Source: Phoronis australis
Lineage: Eukaryota; Animalia; Phoronida
DNA: 64,000 nucleotides
Direction: 5' to 3'
Assembly: GCA_002633005.1 (NCBI GenBank)
Contig: NMRA01000676.1
Span: forward strand, 1 to 64,000
The translations under genes and the position numbers were made by a program. Below the pieces are notes generated by a model. That model saw only the letters and a list, made by a program, of their open reading frames with translations, was not told the origin of the DNA and made no database searches. Of the stretch, positions 27,501-41,681 are shown one piece after another (positions within the stretch are counted from its first letter, which is position 1; each line of letters begins with the position of its first letter).

Positions 27501-30500
27501 CCGTCATATCACTGTGCCATCAAAGTGCCAGGGAGTATGAGAGCCGCCACATCACTCTGCCAACAAGGTGTCACGGTGTATGAGAGACACCATTTCACTG
27601 AGCACATATGATAACTCTCCACTTATTTTGTGCAAACATAACTGCTAAAAATGGTCATGTTTCAATTCTTCAATGGCTGCTTACCTTCTTTCAAATAATG
27701 GGAATTTAAATCAAACATCATTTTATGACACCTACACACTGCAAAGCATGCTAAAAAGCTCTTAATCCGTACTTATGTGGAGAAATTTAATAAAACAGAA
27801 TTTCACTTGCCGTCTACACTGTACATGAATTAAGTAAGAAATTATCATATGTCGACTTCACAAAACCAGACGCTAACTCTCGTGAACACCAACAACACAA
27901 CCTTATTTTCCTAATGTCAAAGGTCGTGCCCCTATGCCACCCACCATATCGGTCAGCCTGTTCAGAACTGCTATAGGGGATCATTATCTCTTATCTGATT
28001 TTGTATACCTTACCCTATTGTGCCTGCATTGACTTTCATAATAAAGGGCTATTGTGGAGATGTTTAAACCGTAGGCATGGGTAACAATAGGCATCCCTCT
28101 GCCTGTTACTAAAGACGAAGCTACACTACAAGGGAAAGCACTACTTTCAGCCTTTAGCTGGCCAAGCTTAGATATCTATGTCCATTTCAGTTGGCAGTGT
28201 TTTCGAAGAACTTCGGCCCAAGTATAAATATTACACTTCATTTCCCTCTGATAGCATGAAGCGNATCCAGCAAACATGCTACAAAGACACGCTGAAGGCT
28301 TCACTGAACGAGAGCAATCTAGATCCTGAGTAATCAGAAACAGACTGTAAACGCCAACAAGGTGCCAGAGAGTATGAGAACTGCCATATCACTATGCCAC
28401 CAAGGTGCCAGGGCCGGAGTATGAGAGCTGCCATATCACTGCGCCACCAAGAAGCCAGGGAGTATGAGAGCTGCCATATCACTGCGCCACCAAGAAGCCA
28501 GGGAGTATGAGAGCTGCCATATCACTCTGCCCACAATTAAGGTGCCAGGGAGTATGAGAGCCGTCATATCACTGTGCCATCAAAGTGCCAGGGAGTATGA
28601 GAGCCGCCACATCACTCTGCCAACAAGGTGTCACGGTGTATGAGAGACACCATTTCACTGAGCACATATGATAACTCTCCACTTATTTTGTGCAAACATA
28701 ACTGCTAAAAATGGTCATGTTTCAATTCTTCAATGGCTGCTTACCTTCTTTCAAATAATGGGAACTTAAATCAAACATCATTTTATGACACCTACACACT
28801 GCAAAGCATGCTAAAAAGCTCTTAATCCGTACTTATGTGGAGAAATTTAATACAACAGAATTTCACTTGCCGTCTACACTGTACATGAATTAAGTAAGAA
28901 ATTATCATATGTCGACTTCACAAAACCAGACGCTAACTCTCTTGAACACCAACAACACAACCTTATTTTCCTAATGTCAAAGGTCGTGCCCCTATGCCAC
29001 CCACTTTCAACTCACAATAATGCCTAAATGTTGAAGCAGTCAAGGGCTTCATGTGCCCAAAACTGCTAAATCTATGCCCCTTTTTACCTGAGCAATCCAA
29101 TATAATGTACGATAGATGACATCTCTAGAGTATCCTTCTCCATTACACGACACGCCTCACCGAGGTATACACCGGCGTCCTCTATTACATCTACAGCGCA
29201 ATCCCCCTCTAGGATGATGGCACCCAGTTGTTTGAACAGGCGACCTGTGATGTCATAAACAGGAAACACTAAATTAGTGACCTCTGCAGAATCTAAGGCA
29301 CACTCCAAAAGCCCACTGATGACATCAAAAATGAATGTCACTTATCGAATCGGACAGTTACCACACTCTGAGTGCAATTGCTATGTCAACACTGACGTGG
29401 GTCAACAGTTGGCAACGTTTAGCAGTTTACTAACACCAAACTGACGAAAGAAATACTCAGACAACATTTAATTTAATAGTAATATGATGTTTCTTAAGTA
29501 AAAATGAAAGGAATAATACTATGACTATCATCAACAATACACACAAAATGGCTTTTAGAGTGTTTTTTACAAGTTTCAAAATGAATTTTAAACACGGTTA
29601 ATATTAGCAAATAATAGTAACAGTAATAACAAAAAGTCATCCACAAAACGAAAACCTTGAAAATGTTTGGTCACCCTTAGGTCATTTTGAATGGTTAACA
29701 CTCATGATAATCGACACCAAGTCTATAACAGGCAACAGTGTTTTGAATCACTCTCTGTTGACCCAAAGCCCACACAACTTCCTTCTCTCCTCCATTACAA
29801 ACAGTAAAATTAATGTGATTCTAATCCATCGTCAATGGTTCTCCACAGTCTTTTGTTTACCATCACACAAGCTGATACACATTCTTCAAAGTTAAGTCAT
29901 CACAAATAGGTTTGGACCTTAGATCAGTACACTTTCTAATATCGTTGGCAGTTGGCACAGCACAGAATGTAATTACCAGACAGTCTAACCTTTTGCTGCC
30001 ACTGTGTCTGAACCAAGCTGTTTGTCCCCTGTGTCACTCTCATTGTTAAACTGTTCTAATAGATACTCCAGCGCCCTCCTGCAGTGACGCTGTGCCTCTT
30101 CCATGTTGCAAAGGTTACGGTTGACACGACCTATGAACTCCAGTATGACACACATCTGGAGCTGCTCACGAGAGGACAGTGGGAAGTTCTGTTGACAGAA
30201 TATTAATTGTGATAGCATTTGACGGTGGGGGGACAGTAACACATTCTATTTTCCTGCACTGTGCTTAGTAATTAAGCCATAATGTGGTTAGCACAATTTA
30301 TTGAATGATCAAGTTATTTAAATGACAACAGATTTTTTGCTGTAACTAAATCTTGTTCATTTAAATTAAAGGGATGTTAAATCACTCAATGCACTTTTGT
30401 GCTAATGTCACGAAGAGCATACAGTCTCTAAACCATAGTCTCTAACCTCATTTTGGTTTACTTAATAACTAACTGCATAGTTTGCAATAGTAATTTTCAA

Positions 30501-33500
30501 ACCTGAGATTACCTGAAATGTTAAAATCACTGAGGTTACATTTTGAACTTGATCATGTAGAAATTCCACTTTGCAACTAAAAGAGGCTTATAGTTACGAG
30601 ATTTCAGTGTCTAACATGCAGCAGCAATTTTTTGTTTTGAAAACTCAAAAACACATATAAGTACAAATTTTTAATACAGTGACTTCATAAACATGCAATT
30701 TTGAAATTTTCCCCAGATGTATTACGAGCACATTTTATGTTATGTATATCGATAATAAATAAGGAACAACTCGAAATCACTCATGCTTAAAAGAATCAAT
30801 AATTTTGATTACATGCCATGTGCTCCATAGCAGACACATTGTGTTGACTCCGGTAACAAAATCATGACCTACGTGTACTTTAGGTCATACATACATGCAA
30901 TTTCTAGTGACTAGGGAATGAATAGTCCCCTTCTTCTGGTTTGATTATTTAGGTTTCACAGACTTCACAATAGAGGGCAGCAAATTTGTTCCTTGTTTCA
31001 AAAACCAAAGGTCTTTTATTGATATAAAATCAGTCTGATCTTATTCCTTACTCAGATTAGAAACCATTTCTTATGTTGAGTAGAAGTGATGAGTCATTAT
31101 TGCTTCAGACCAACCCCTTTGAGCTTCTCATTTTTTATAGTTTCAGGTTCCATGGTCTTTACGGGAATTCCTGCCTATTTATCGTACAGTTTCAATTCAA
31201 ACAAAAGACAAGAATGCAACAACATTGCTTTGAAAGAGCAATTGCACAATTTGAAGAAAATTGATACTGTTAAACCAGAACATGTCTACGCAGTGTCACA
31301 AGGAGACCCATAAAGCACTTACATTAAACAACAGGTGAAAGGCCATGGTGAGTACTTGTAGCGCCACCTCTTTGTATCCAAACTCAAACAGCAACAGACC
31401 AACGTGGGTGCACACACTAGCCATGTTGTGAGCCTCCTCATTGGTAAAGGATTCTACACTGCTGCCAGCTGTTGGGAGGTAAATAAACTAATTACTTTCA
31501 AACTCAAAAGTAACTGACCTACAATTTCAAACTAATGTTTATATTTATTTTGTCCAATACACATTGTTAGATAAATAATGGAAGATAAAATCACCAACTT
31601 CATGTTAATTTGACAGAATGCAAGCAATTAAACTTTTTTTTCTAAGAAACAAGTCAGATATCTAGGTGGGCTAAGAATTCTCAGATAGGTTCATTTTACG
31701 AAACAAATAAAAAGCCCCGATTACACACAAAAGGGGGCGTGTATACAACCACATTACAAGCATTTCAAAGTGAACCAATGTGAATTTGGAGGTGTGTGTT
31801 AACTCAGATATACAAATTAGTCAATTGACTACAATGACACAGAAATAACAGTCACACCGTGTTGAACCGTCTGGAAACCTTGACTTGCAACAAAGATAGA
31901 AAAAAAATATTCCTACAAAAGTAAGAGAAAGCAATATTCCTGTTTTCATAAAATCATTTTTGTACTAGGGATAATTCCAAAAACTTCCTGTTGAATTCCA
32001 ACTGCAGATGACAGCGATTTGTAAATCTAGGTGAATCCAGATATTGACCCTGTTCATTTCTAAGCATTCACGCGATCTTTTGTTTGGTATTAGGACTTGC
32101 AGGCCAATTATCTACTACGGTTTCATTAAACAGTTACCAAAGAATTCCGAAACCTAACTCATCTATTTTGGTGAACTTTTTATAAATGATTGTATTTCGT
32201 TCAATAAAAACGATTCATTTTAACTACTTTTTTATAAGGAATTGAATTTCAGAAGCCAAACAATTCCAAAAATAAATAGTCTTAGTTCACTATCCATCAA
32301 TTTATTTTAGTCACTGTTTTATTGTTGTGGAAATGTTGCTAAAGAGGCAACAGTTCTTCTGCACATAACAGGTTCTTAGATCACATTATTTTCTTTAAGT
32401 TAATAAACAAACTTCTTAGCAACAGAAGGACACGTACAAATCCATCGACATTGGTGTTGTGAAACAGACCAAATTTCCAATGTCAACCAAAAATTTCAAA
32501 TGTGCACAAAATGTAAGGAGGGTAAGAGAAGCTAGGTTAACCGGTTGTGTACACTTAAAATTTCCAAGAGAAGTCACACTAGAAGAACACTCTTTAAGTA
32601 GCGAGATGACTAGTAGAACATGACAAACTCACCTGTCACCAAATATCTACTAGAAGCTTTCAACTGAAACAAACAACAAAAGAATTAAACAACTTGTTAC
32701 AGCACGAATCCACGCAAAATTCAACTCTCTTTTGATAATAAAGCCTAATATATTCATAAGAAAGCTAAATCATCTAAAGCTTGCTGTGTTTCCTAAATCA
32801 TACCAACACAAATCTACAACAAAGACATTACCAAGGCTCTTCTCACTTCTTCAATCTCAGTGAAAGAAGCTAAGGTGATCGGTGACTTTGTAGGCGATAG
32901 GGTAGAGCAGTGGTCAGTGGTGATGACGGGGGTGTCAACAGGCTTTAAAATGTCCTCGGACTGAAAATAAAAAGACTGTGTATGTCCATAACAAAGGTAT
33001 ACACCTAGAATGAAAAAGCGCCTTGCTTTGGCAGAGCCTGGAAAATGAAAATGATAAGATGGTTGTTATTCTACAACTCTGACGGAAGATTTACAACAAA
33101 AATCACTTATAGCCACCTTCTATCCTTTTTTAATCTGGTTATAATGTAGTGGTGTCCATTTCGTATACATTGACATAAACAAAATGTTGCCATTCAAAGC
33201 TCGCAAATTATTGCTGTCTCGCACTAGGCCACAATATAGACGCAATAGTTTTTCATAAGTTGGAAAGGCATTCTTCATGAAACCACCACTTGCCTTAATT
33301 TTCTTTCTGAAGATGAACACAAAAGTCATGCAAACAATGACAGTGGCTCATCAATTTTTTGCGTTGTTTCTTGGGATGACTGAATGACACCTTCTCTAAC
33401 AACCTCTTTTAACTTAAAGGGGAATATCGCAGCTATTGAGCAGTAAAATGTTGAATTCTGCATCGAAGCATTTTATGATTTAAAAACATTACCACAGTAA

Positions 33501-36500
33501 CGCTATATTGAACTGCAGTCAAATGAGTCCATAACTCATGTCACTGGCAAACATTGTATGCGCCATTTTTGAAATTACAATAAGGATTGACCAATCCTTA
33601 AAAATTCTGAAGCATTTTTTGTCATGAATGCAAGATGATTGTGATAGTTTTTTGGAATGCAAAAATGCATTAGGTGTTATCATCTTCTGATGTGAATTCC
33701 CTTACCAAAATGTTTTTCTTCTGCGGATGAATGGTTGTGATGCCGGCTACAGTGATGACATGCACGCATGTGTCCATGACCTTGAAGCCGGCGCCCTCTA
33801 GCACCTTCAGATAATGAATAAGATCCAGTTTCCTCTCGTTCAGATAGCAGTTTTTGCCATTGCCAACAAAACCAAGAAACACCCTGCGGACAAAAACCAT
33901 AATATTTAACAAAACATAAAACATTTAAGGTATTTTACTCAACAAGAATATCATTCCACCAGTTTAAAGCCCAATCCGAAAAACGTTTCAAAACAGGAAT
34001 TTATCAAAACTTGAAAACAGTGACATTGAAATGTAGATCTTTTGCACACCCTGTTTAGGTACCCCACTATTACTTGAAAACTAAAGATTCCTTAATCACG
34101 TCTCAGATTTTAATAGGAGTATTAAGTAATTTCAAAGTGCCTGGAGAACTTTTATTGAACATTAGAGGCTTACATTAGCTTACTGCCATTAAAGTGATAC
34201 ATTAAATAAAACATTTATGAAACACTCGATGACATCATTGATTTAATTCATGGCTGCATGATTTTTTGAAGGGATACTCCCAAGGTTACACACTCTTTAC
34301 ACTTGTATGGCAGAAGGATGAACCTTGTTAGATCAGTACAACAGCTGACTAGCAAAGAATTTGATACACAGAGGCTCTTGATTTGTCATCGGACATCATT
34401 CCCAGACAGCCAACAAAATGGGCTTAAGAAACTGTATGGCTGTCTAGCTGTCTAGGTTGTATTGCTGGACAGCAATGAACATTTCACAAGTAGTACATAA
34501 TCTATGTCCATCCTTTGTGTGAATTCTGAGATAGTTAGATCAAATTTTAGGCCCAGCACCAGCGACAGCAGTAAGTCATGTATTTGCATAGAGGTCACTA
34601 CTATGCTAGTTACTGGGGGACTACTTTTTAATCCTTTTCTAACCTAATATCTGGATGTACAGCCAGCTGAAAAATGTTCGGAAGTATACCTTTAAAAACA
34701 ACTGAAATTCAATTGTCTCTCCCTCAGCATATGACATGACACTCATATCATTACTTACTTTTCTTGTGTGATGAAATTTCTCAACTTCTCTAGCTGGCCA
34801 GACTTCTCAAGGTGATAAGGCAGCTCGTACAGTTGACGATCAAAATCATTCGACTCCGACAGATAGTTGGCCAAGATCACATGGTACGGTTTCTGGTCAA
34901 GGTCGTGTATGGTCGGCATGAGAGCAAAAGACCGCACCAGGGGAATAGCAGCAGGTGTCACAGCACCTAGAAACAGGTAAGATGCACTTAAAATGATGTC
35001 AAAGGCCATAATAATCTTACAAGAACTTATAGTTTTATTGGTGAACTTTCAATAGTCATTAGATTACTTCCACATTTTTCTCCTTCACCAATGGTTTCAA
35101 CAGTACTATAAATGGCTTCAACTGTGTCCACTAAAACTCTATGTGATTGTCCATGACTGTCCAAAACACCTGAATTTTGTATGACAATTTCCCAAACATG
35201 GATAGGACCTCATGTCCACGCTGGCGGTCCTACACTGAATAACTGGTAGATAAATGTGTGCATGTTGTGATAGCGAGGAAAGATCTTATCAGATTTTCAA
35301 CACCACTCTGTTGTCAGTAGGAGTGAGAGAACGCTATAATTGAAACATCATTCTGTTTTCCGTAGCACTTTAGTCAAAAACAGGTACTGCCGTACGTGCC
35401 ACATGAACTTCAACTTTTCTGAGCAGACATGTTTTCAAAAATGAATTTAGTCTAATTTGAGGGAATCAAATGTTCTACCTGTAAACTTAACTTTGAAAGA
35501 CATTTGAAAATAAAATGCGCATTGAATTTTCAGGTTGCAACAAAGGTCCACCCATTGTTCCTTACATTAGAATAGTTGTGCTTGGTGCATTGAAACAAAA
35601 ACCAACGGTGCGAAAAGGGTGAGCTCAGTGAAGTTAAAGCAAATATTAAGTGAAAAGTTTTGGAGACAATTCAGGAGATATCTTGAGCAAAGTCGATTGT
35701 AATAAGGAATAAGAACTTGAACATGAATTACATTGTTTGTGTGTGCGTCCTGTGGACATTGTGTAGATGGGAGTACAGCGGAGGTATAAAATTACAGAAA
35801 GAAGCTTCAGGAATAAACTTTTTCAAACACAGAAATGGCGTACGTAAGCACAATGGAGTATGAGGTAGTAGTCTTATTCACGGTAGAGGAAAGTTCCACC
35901 CGTTGGTGAGCAAGGGGAATTACCCATGCAAGAAAGGAACCATAAAGTCAACAGGGTGGGCAGTATTTTGTACAGGAAGACTAATGTGTTTTGAGGATGC
36001 TTCTTGGGAGGGAATGTGCATATACTGGGGATGGATGTCATTGGACAACAAACCTGGTGGATCATCTTTTGATTGTTCCCAATTTAGAGCTTTAAAGAGA
36101 AAAGTCACACAATTTTGACACATTAGATCAATAACACTTCTCTCTGACTATCTTAGAGGCCATGGAGAACTTGCACAAACATTCATGTCAGTTAATTAGC
36201 CCCATCTATAAACAGACAAAACTGCATCAAATAGCAAAGCCAATTTAAACGATAAACTCACCAAACAAGGAGAACTCTAAGCATTCCCTAATATGTTGGT
36301 GCGAGAAGGCCATTAAACCTCCAGGCTTTTCATAGAGAATGTCTTGCAGTATGGTCTTGAACCTGGTCCAGTGATAAGGTGTCACTTGTACTGTGTCAAT
36401 GTAACCCATCATCTTAAGACAACCCAAAACGTCACTGTCCTTCAACCCATTACGCGAGACACACATCAAACGGAGAGATTCTGCGACCCAGCCATATAAA

Positions 36501-39500
36501 ACATCTGCACAACAAAACGAAATAATCAGGATACATTTAAAAAATAGGGTATCGAAATTGTAAATTAATTTGCTGATTAACATAAAGATCCTTGAGTATA
36601 AAAAATATTTCCATTACAAAAGCTTTTGATACACCTGGTACATTATCGTTCCAGATATTAAAAGACACCTACCTACTCTGCTCATCACTTCACTCTAGTC
36701 AAAAAGATTACACATTATATAATGGCTTCATTTCACTGAACAGAAGCCTGCTTTAACAAATCAATGTCACGATCAAGTTCGGTGTAGTAAATTTTGTCAA
36801 AAGCTTCAGTAAAATCTACAAACAGTTCAATACCTGCTTCATGGCCCTCATCATCCCAGTCAGTGCCTAGGGACCAGCTCAATTCCTTAATCCACCGCCG
36901 TAGCATGTGATGCATGAGATCGCGAGTGCTTAGACTCTCGTCCAGGTAAGTCCTCAGGTATTCTTCCAAACGTGTGTGTACCACCTGATCATTCAACTCC
37001 CCTACGAGTAAGCTCAGGTACAATGGATTTTTCACCAGTTTGGAATGTTCAAACAAATCAACGGCATTGCCTTTCTCCAACCAATAGTTCATGTCAGGAC
37101 ATTGCTCAGTAATATACTCTTGACAAAGGTAGTGGTCGTGAAACTCGTTAACCTTCACAGGTTGAACATCGGGCCTTTTCAACAACATCTTATAGGTCCA
37201 ATCACACGAGCAAGTGGTCATGATGATTTTACATTGTGGCGGAAGAACTTCCGGAAGCCACTCGAAACTCTTGATGTAGCTACATTCAAGGTCATAGGTC
37301 GCACCGAGTTCGTCGACACCATCGATGACCAGAACACAAGGACTGAGTGAGATTGCAGTGAAAAATGTATTGCACAGGTACTTGAAGTCAGTGAGATCCT
37401 GCAGAGTGAGTGCTCCTATATCACAGTCTATGTCTGGAAAGGAGACAGATATATAGAACCGCAGACACATTACATCAAAAATTACTAGCCAACTTAACTA
37501 ACAGTACACCCAACTTCTTTCACATAGTAAGGACATTTGCAAAACAAAGGTTGGGTTATAATTCCTAGGTAAGGTCAAAGAAAACAAAATAATTGGTTCT
37601 GGTCTGCGCAGGACTCATTTTGAAACCTGCTCCTAGCTGTGCACAAAAATGACCCTAACATCATTTTAGTGAATGGATTTTTCTTTTATACAGGTGAACC
37701 AGCGTGAGAGAACTAACACAGCATAACAAGCGCGTCTGTTACTAATTACGAAAATCAATCAAAAAGTCATACTGTGCAGAGTTTGGTTACTTTAAAGTTA
37801 CAATGGGCCGGGAGCAAAAAAGAAATCAACACTGGAAAATCCAGGATGGCAAAATACGAGACCGCAGTCAACCTACTTGATTTTAAGACTTCCCGGTGCA
37901 TTCGGAAGATAACCTGACGCATGAAAGATGTGATATCAAAACTGCGCTGGCTGCTACCCACAAAATGGTACATGTATTCGTAATCATGGACAGCAGATGT
38001 GTACTTTTCCAGCCAGTTGGCGACAATTGTACTCTTGCCACATCCTCTTTCACCGTACAGCAACAAGATAGACTTATATTTGGCGTTGACATGAGACCTG
38101 CAGGAGGAAATAGTTGAAGTCGCATTAAAAGGAAAAATAAAATCTCTGTTAAGAAGATGAATATTTTTTCTATTTATAAAAAATAGCAATGCAATTTAAA
38201 AAGAGAATTTGTTTTTTTTTAATATGAATTACATGACAAAGCTGTTTTCTCATGTATCCAAAGCCCTGAGCGGAATTTGAAGATTTCAAATTTCAATGAC
38301 ACGCCCATACCAGTTCCTCACGAAATTGTTATCCAAGGCACATTAGATAGCTTCTGTGGTTACCTCAAGACAGTTATCAATGGTCTCATATTGATACTTT
38401 GGGATAACACATATTTTAATAGGATTAAAATAGGATTTGCTGAAAGACAATTACTTCTTCTTGAGCAAATCAAATGGCAGGGGTCGCTTCCAGGTGTCAC
38501 TTTCTTCAGTCACTGTAGTAGCATGTGTCTCATCAGTGCAACTGTCAGCAAAGACCGACATGAGTTCAGCGATATCCTTCCTTTCTTCTGACTGGCAGAA
38601 GCCAGCTCGCCGGGACACAGCAAACTTACGGTGGAATTCCTGCTCCCAATATGCCTCTGTGGGGATAGCAAAAGTAACGGATAATGATTGCTGTGTACAC
38701 TTGTGGAAAAAAAGTTGACGTAGTTCTAAAAATACGCACACAGGCGATGAAATTGTAATCCTTGTGCTTGATGCGTTTTGTGCTAAAATGGGCCAGAGAT
38801 GTTGCAAGACAAAAAAAAATGTTATTAAGCATTTTGATATTCAACAGAAATCAATAAAAACTTTCAAAGCAAGTGTTTTTCCTCTGTTATTTGCATGTGA
38901 ATAGCGTCACCCTGGCATGTTGGCATGTGAATAGTGTTACCCTGGCATGTTGGCATGTCAATAGTGTTACCCAGGCATGTTGGCATGTGAATAGTGTTAC
39001 CTTGGCATGGTGGCAATTGTCAATAAGTGTTCCAATACACAACAATATAATGAAATGAAGATGGTCAACGACAACACACAAACATGTCCAAAATCTGAAA
39101 GAACAAAAATAACATTTTTCATTTGCAGATGATTACTTAGTGCTTACCCATTTTCCCGATCCGCTTAAGGTCCAAAGGTGGAAACAATCGGTCGATTATG
39201 TTCCTCCAATCTTCTAACACGGCATCACCAAGCTGTGTAAGACTACAGAAATATTTAACGGAGAGACCTCGCTTAACAATCCTGTTCTTCAAATCTTCAA
39301 TTTTCAACTTGGCCACTTCAGACTCACTCTGATAGCTTGACAACAACAGACGGTGTTCATTGGCCGGCACATTTCTCAGCAACGAGTCAATATGATCAGG
39401 TTGGCGAAAGTAGAAGCAACAGAACTCACTATCATTGAGAAATGCTGCTTGGATGATCTCTAGTTCGACCAGACTACAGTTTTGATTGGACTCCGCTAAA

Positions 39501-39982
39501 ACCCATTTGTACCCACTCTCTGCTGCCGAAAGATAGTTCTTATCCAACCAAGGGGGGTTGTCTGGTAACTGCGCCATGTTATTGGGTAATAGGGGAGATT
39601 CATCAGGACGAAATGTTCCATAACGCTCGCCCAACAAACACATGAAAAATGGCTGAGCATTGTTAATGCAGTTTAATCCCAGCCTCAGCAAGTCCCACTG
39701 TAAATTAGGTTGCTCCCTTTCCCGAACGCAGTGCTTGAAGTCATTCGGTGCAAAGTATGTGCCACGTTGACGACAAAGTTGGTCAATCTGTGGGTATATC
39801 TTGTCAGTGAGGAAGTGCCTTTCAGTGTTGAAATCTTCAAAAGTTGAACAAACGTAAGGACAGACAGGTTGGTGATCCCACTCTTTGACGGCTGCCAACG
39901 GGTACACTTTGTGGAGGCCCGATTGATTCCCTGGCCCACCTTCCTCTGATTGGTCGATGGATATTTCATCGACATCAGACAT
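18586..39982 (-). CDS. TTC41: TTC41/GNN-like protein: DUF4062-like N-terminus, NACHT/STAND P-loop NTPase, TPR repeats, long disordered C-terminus (16 coding exons, ~1533 aa)
   Basis: Phase-consistent GT-AG exons (minus strand): 39982-39148, 38656-38455, 38097-37877, 37433-36834, 36504-36262, 34966-34759, 33883-33706, 32960-32832, 32663-32633, 31468-31323, 30188-29990, 29292-29088, 24730-24581, 24142-24036, 22788-22696, 19640-18586 (4602 nt, divisible by 3). Motifs: PYVCSTFEDF..ER..L and FFMCLLGERYG (DUF4062-like); Walker A GERGCGKS; Walker B VLVIDGVDEL; WLP..LP; NPLYL; kinesin-light-chain-type TPRs (AETCFRQSINVRQQWYGKEHPIVA, AEKLYRKTLNIREKMLGKEHLKV). Head-to-head with HSP90B1, like mammalian TTC41. 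Acceptor at 40029-40030 and a probable non-coding first exon with donor at 44713-44717. Confidence 0.85.
19889..20720. repeat. 31-bp minisatellite (~26 copies) in the last intron of the TTC41-like gene
   Basis: Unit ACAAGATATGTCACCTTCCATATTATCAT(A/T)C in head-to-tail tandem, no spacers, degenerating at the right end. Confidence 0.97.
23052..23113. repeat. Short tandem duplication (~27 bp x2)
   Basis: attacacaggtcagatttatcatgtca occurs twice, plus a partial third copy. Confidence 0.7.
25616..25778. mobile_element. MITE with CAYAGGCGGAT termini (hAT-like)
   Basis: TIRs CATAGGCGGATTTAG / CTAGATCCGCCTGTG, flanked by direct repeat TTATG (25611-25615, 25779-25783). Confidence 0.75.
27205..29004. 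repeat. 740-bp near-identical duplication across an N gap (27205-27944 = 28265-29004); probably uncollapsed haplotypes
   Basis: The copies differ at ~3 SNPs and the second starts immediately after the N at 28264. Each copy contains ~7 degenerate ~42-bp units (ccaccaaggtgccagggagtatgagagctgccatatcact). Confidence 0.85.
38892..39010. repeat. 30-bp minisatellite x4
   Basis: tggcatgtgaatagtgttaccctggcatgt repeated in a TTC41-like intron. Confidence 0.85.
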
Positions 39983-41667
39983 ATTGACTTATTGCTGATT
40001 ATCGTTGCGAACAGTCACAGCAGCTAGCCTGCAAACAAAGATATTTTGTTAAAAAGAATTTTCAAGAAAGTGGGACAACAGCTTTTTCTGATAGCTAAGT
40101 AAACATATAGCAATCTGGGTTGGACAAATTTAAGGTTAAAGAAATGTTCTAAAAAACTTGGCGAAATATTAAAGTAAATCCATGAGATCAGCTAAATATT
40201 GACTAATTACACAACTCTGGGGTGATAAAACCAAGATGGTCCATTAAAGGTAATTTGCCAAATGACAATCACGGGCTGGCAGTTATAATTCACTTCAGGC
40301 TGAACACAACACAAATTTATTGCGAGCTTAAAAATTTTGACAGCATCTTTGAAAATAGCTCAGCTTCTGAAACTTAGAATTATATTAAAACAGAAATTTT
40401 TAACTACATGGATCTCAATGCCGGTAAGTTTTACCAATTAAAATATTTTTTGTTGAAAATTAACCAATCATAGCACATAGTTGCATTTGAAATCTCGAAA
40501 CATGTCATGCATTTGGATGGTCAATGGTCATTTTTGAGACAAATTTTAAGTAAAAACAGAAAATAGACGCCACACCCAGGAATACATCTTGAAAAAGACA
40601 TCATACAACAGGTTGAGCTATCAACCAACAACAATCATGTTACATGAAAGGTTTCTTTTTAATTTATACAAATGGACGTAAGGTAAAAGCTCCCTTAATT
40701 TGGACAAAAATAAATTCCAAAATTTTCAATTTTCCATGTATTCAAACATTGTTGTAAATAGTCATAATTTTTCAAAACATTGCCAGAGGGTACACAACTT
40801 GAACATGGAATAGTATTCATTTGGAGCTGCATATCCTTTATGGAAACAACCAGAAAATAAAATTCCAATTGCCCGCCCTATGTTTCAAAAAAGTAATATG
40901 TATCACAAATGTCAATACGCTATTAATAGCAACATACACTGCCAACTGAACATGCCTTGTTTGACCTGAGAACACCTGGTTGAATGTTACAGGTATCAAA
41001 ATCTCAAATTAGAGCCCTTACCTGGATTAGAATTACAAGGCATTGAAACCAAAATCAACCACCAGGGCTCAACAGTGATTATTCTTAACAATAACAGGTC
41101 TCAGTGGTATTTCACCATCTGTAAGTTATCGGATTATGTTACTCAATCAAGGGTCTTTATGGATAATCATTACCAATAAATCAATACAATATGAACAGAA
41201 GGCTTCATTGCACACCATTCAGAGTGACACCCATAAAGGTCAGTTCATATTAGGCTTCATTAACCTATGATCAATTTTAACTCCAATGCTGGATGGGTAT
41301 TAATATTTTTGTTTACCATAAACTCCTATGTAGGCTGTTGCTATGAAGACGTTTCTATGTTAAAAATCAATTTGATTATTTTACAGTGGAATGAAATAGT
41401 GTCAGTTAGCCAACATCACTGCCTTTAATTCAATGACTGAGCTTTACAACATCAGTTTTAAAATACTTAACAATGATAGAACATCATAGACACTTCCTTG
41501 ACAAAATGCAGTACGTCTAGACCTAATAAAATCACTTTGAGCTGATTCGTTTTGACCATTTCCAATTCAAATTCAGATTTCAGCAAACGATCCTTGTCCT
41601 TAAATCTAAAGCAATTTGCTTAGCCTTTCTCTATGAATTCCCTGAACTTCAGAGTTTATTCACGGCT

Positions 41668-41681
41668 GTTACCATGGCAAC
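41668..41681. promoter_or_regulatory. RFX X-box
   Basis: GTTACCATGGCAAC matches the canonical 14-bp X-box (GTYRCC-AT-GGYAAC). It lies in the putative first intron of the TTC41-like gene. Confidence 0.65.

Noticed and set aside
27219-28482. Duplicated 67-aa ORFs suggesting a tandem gene pair
   Set aside because: They derive from a ~42-bp degenerate minisatellite inside a haplotype-type assembly duplication.
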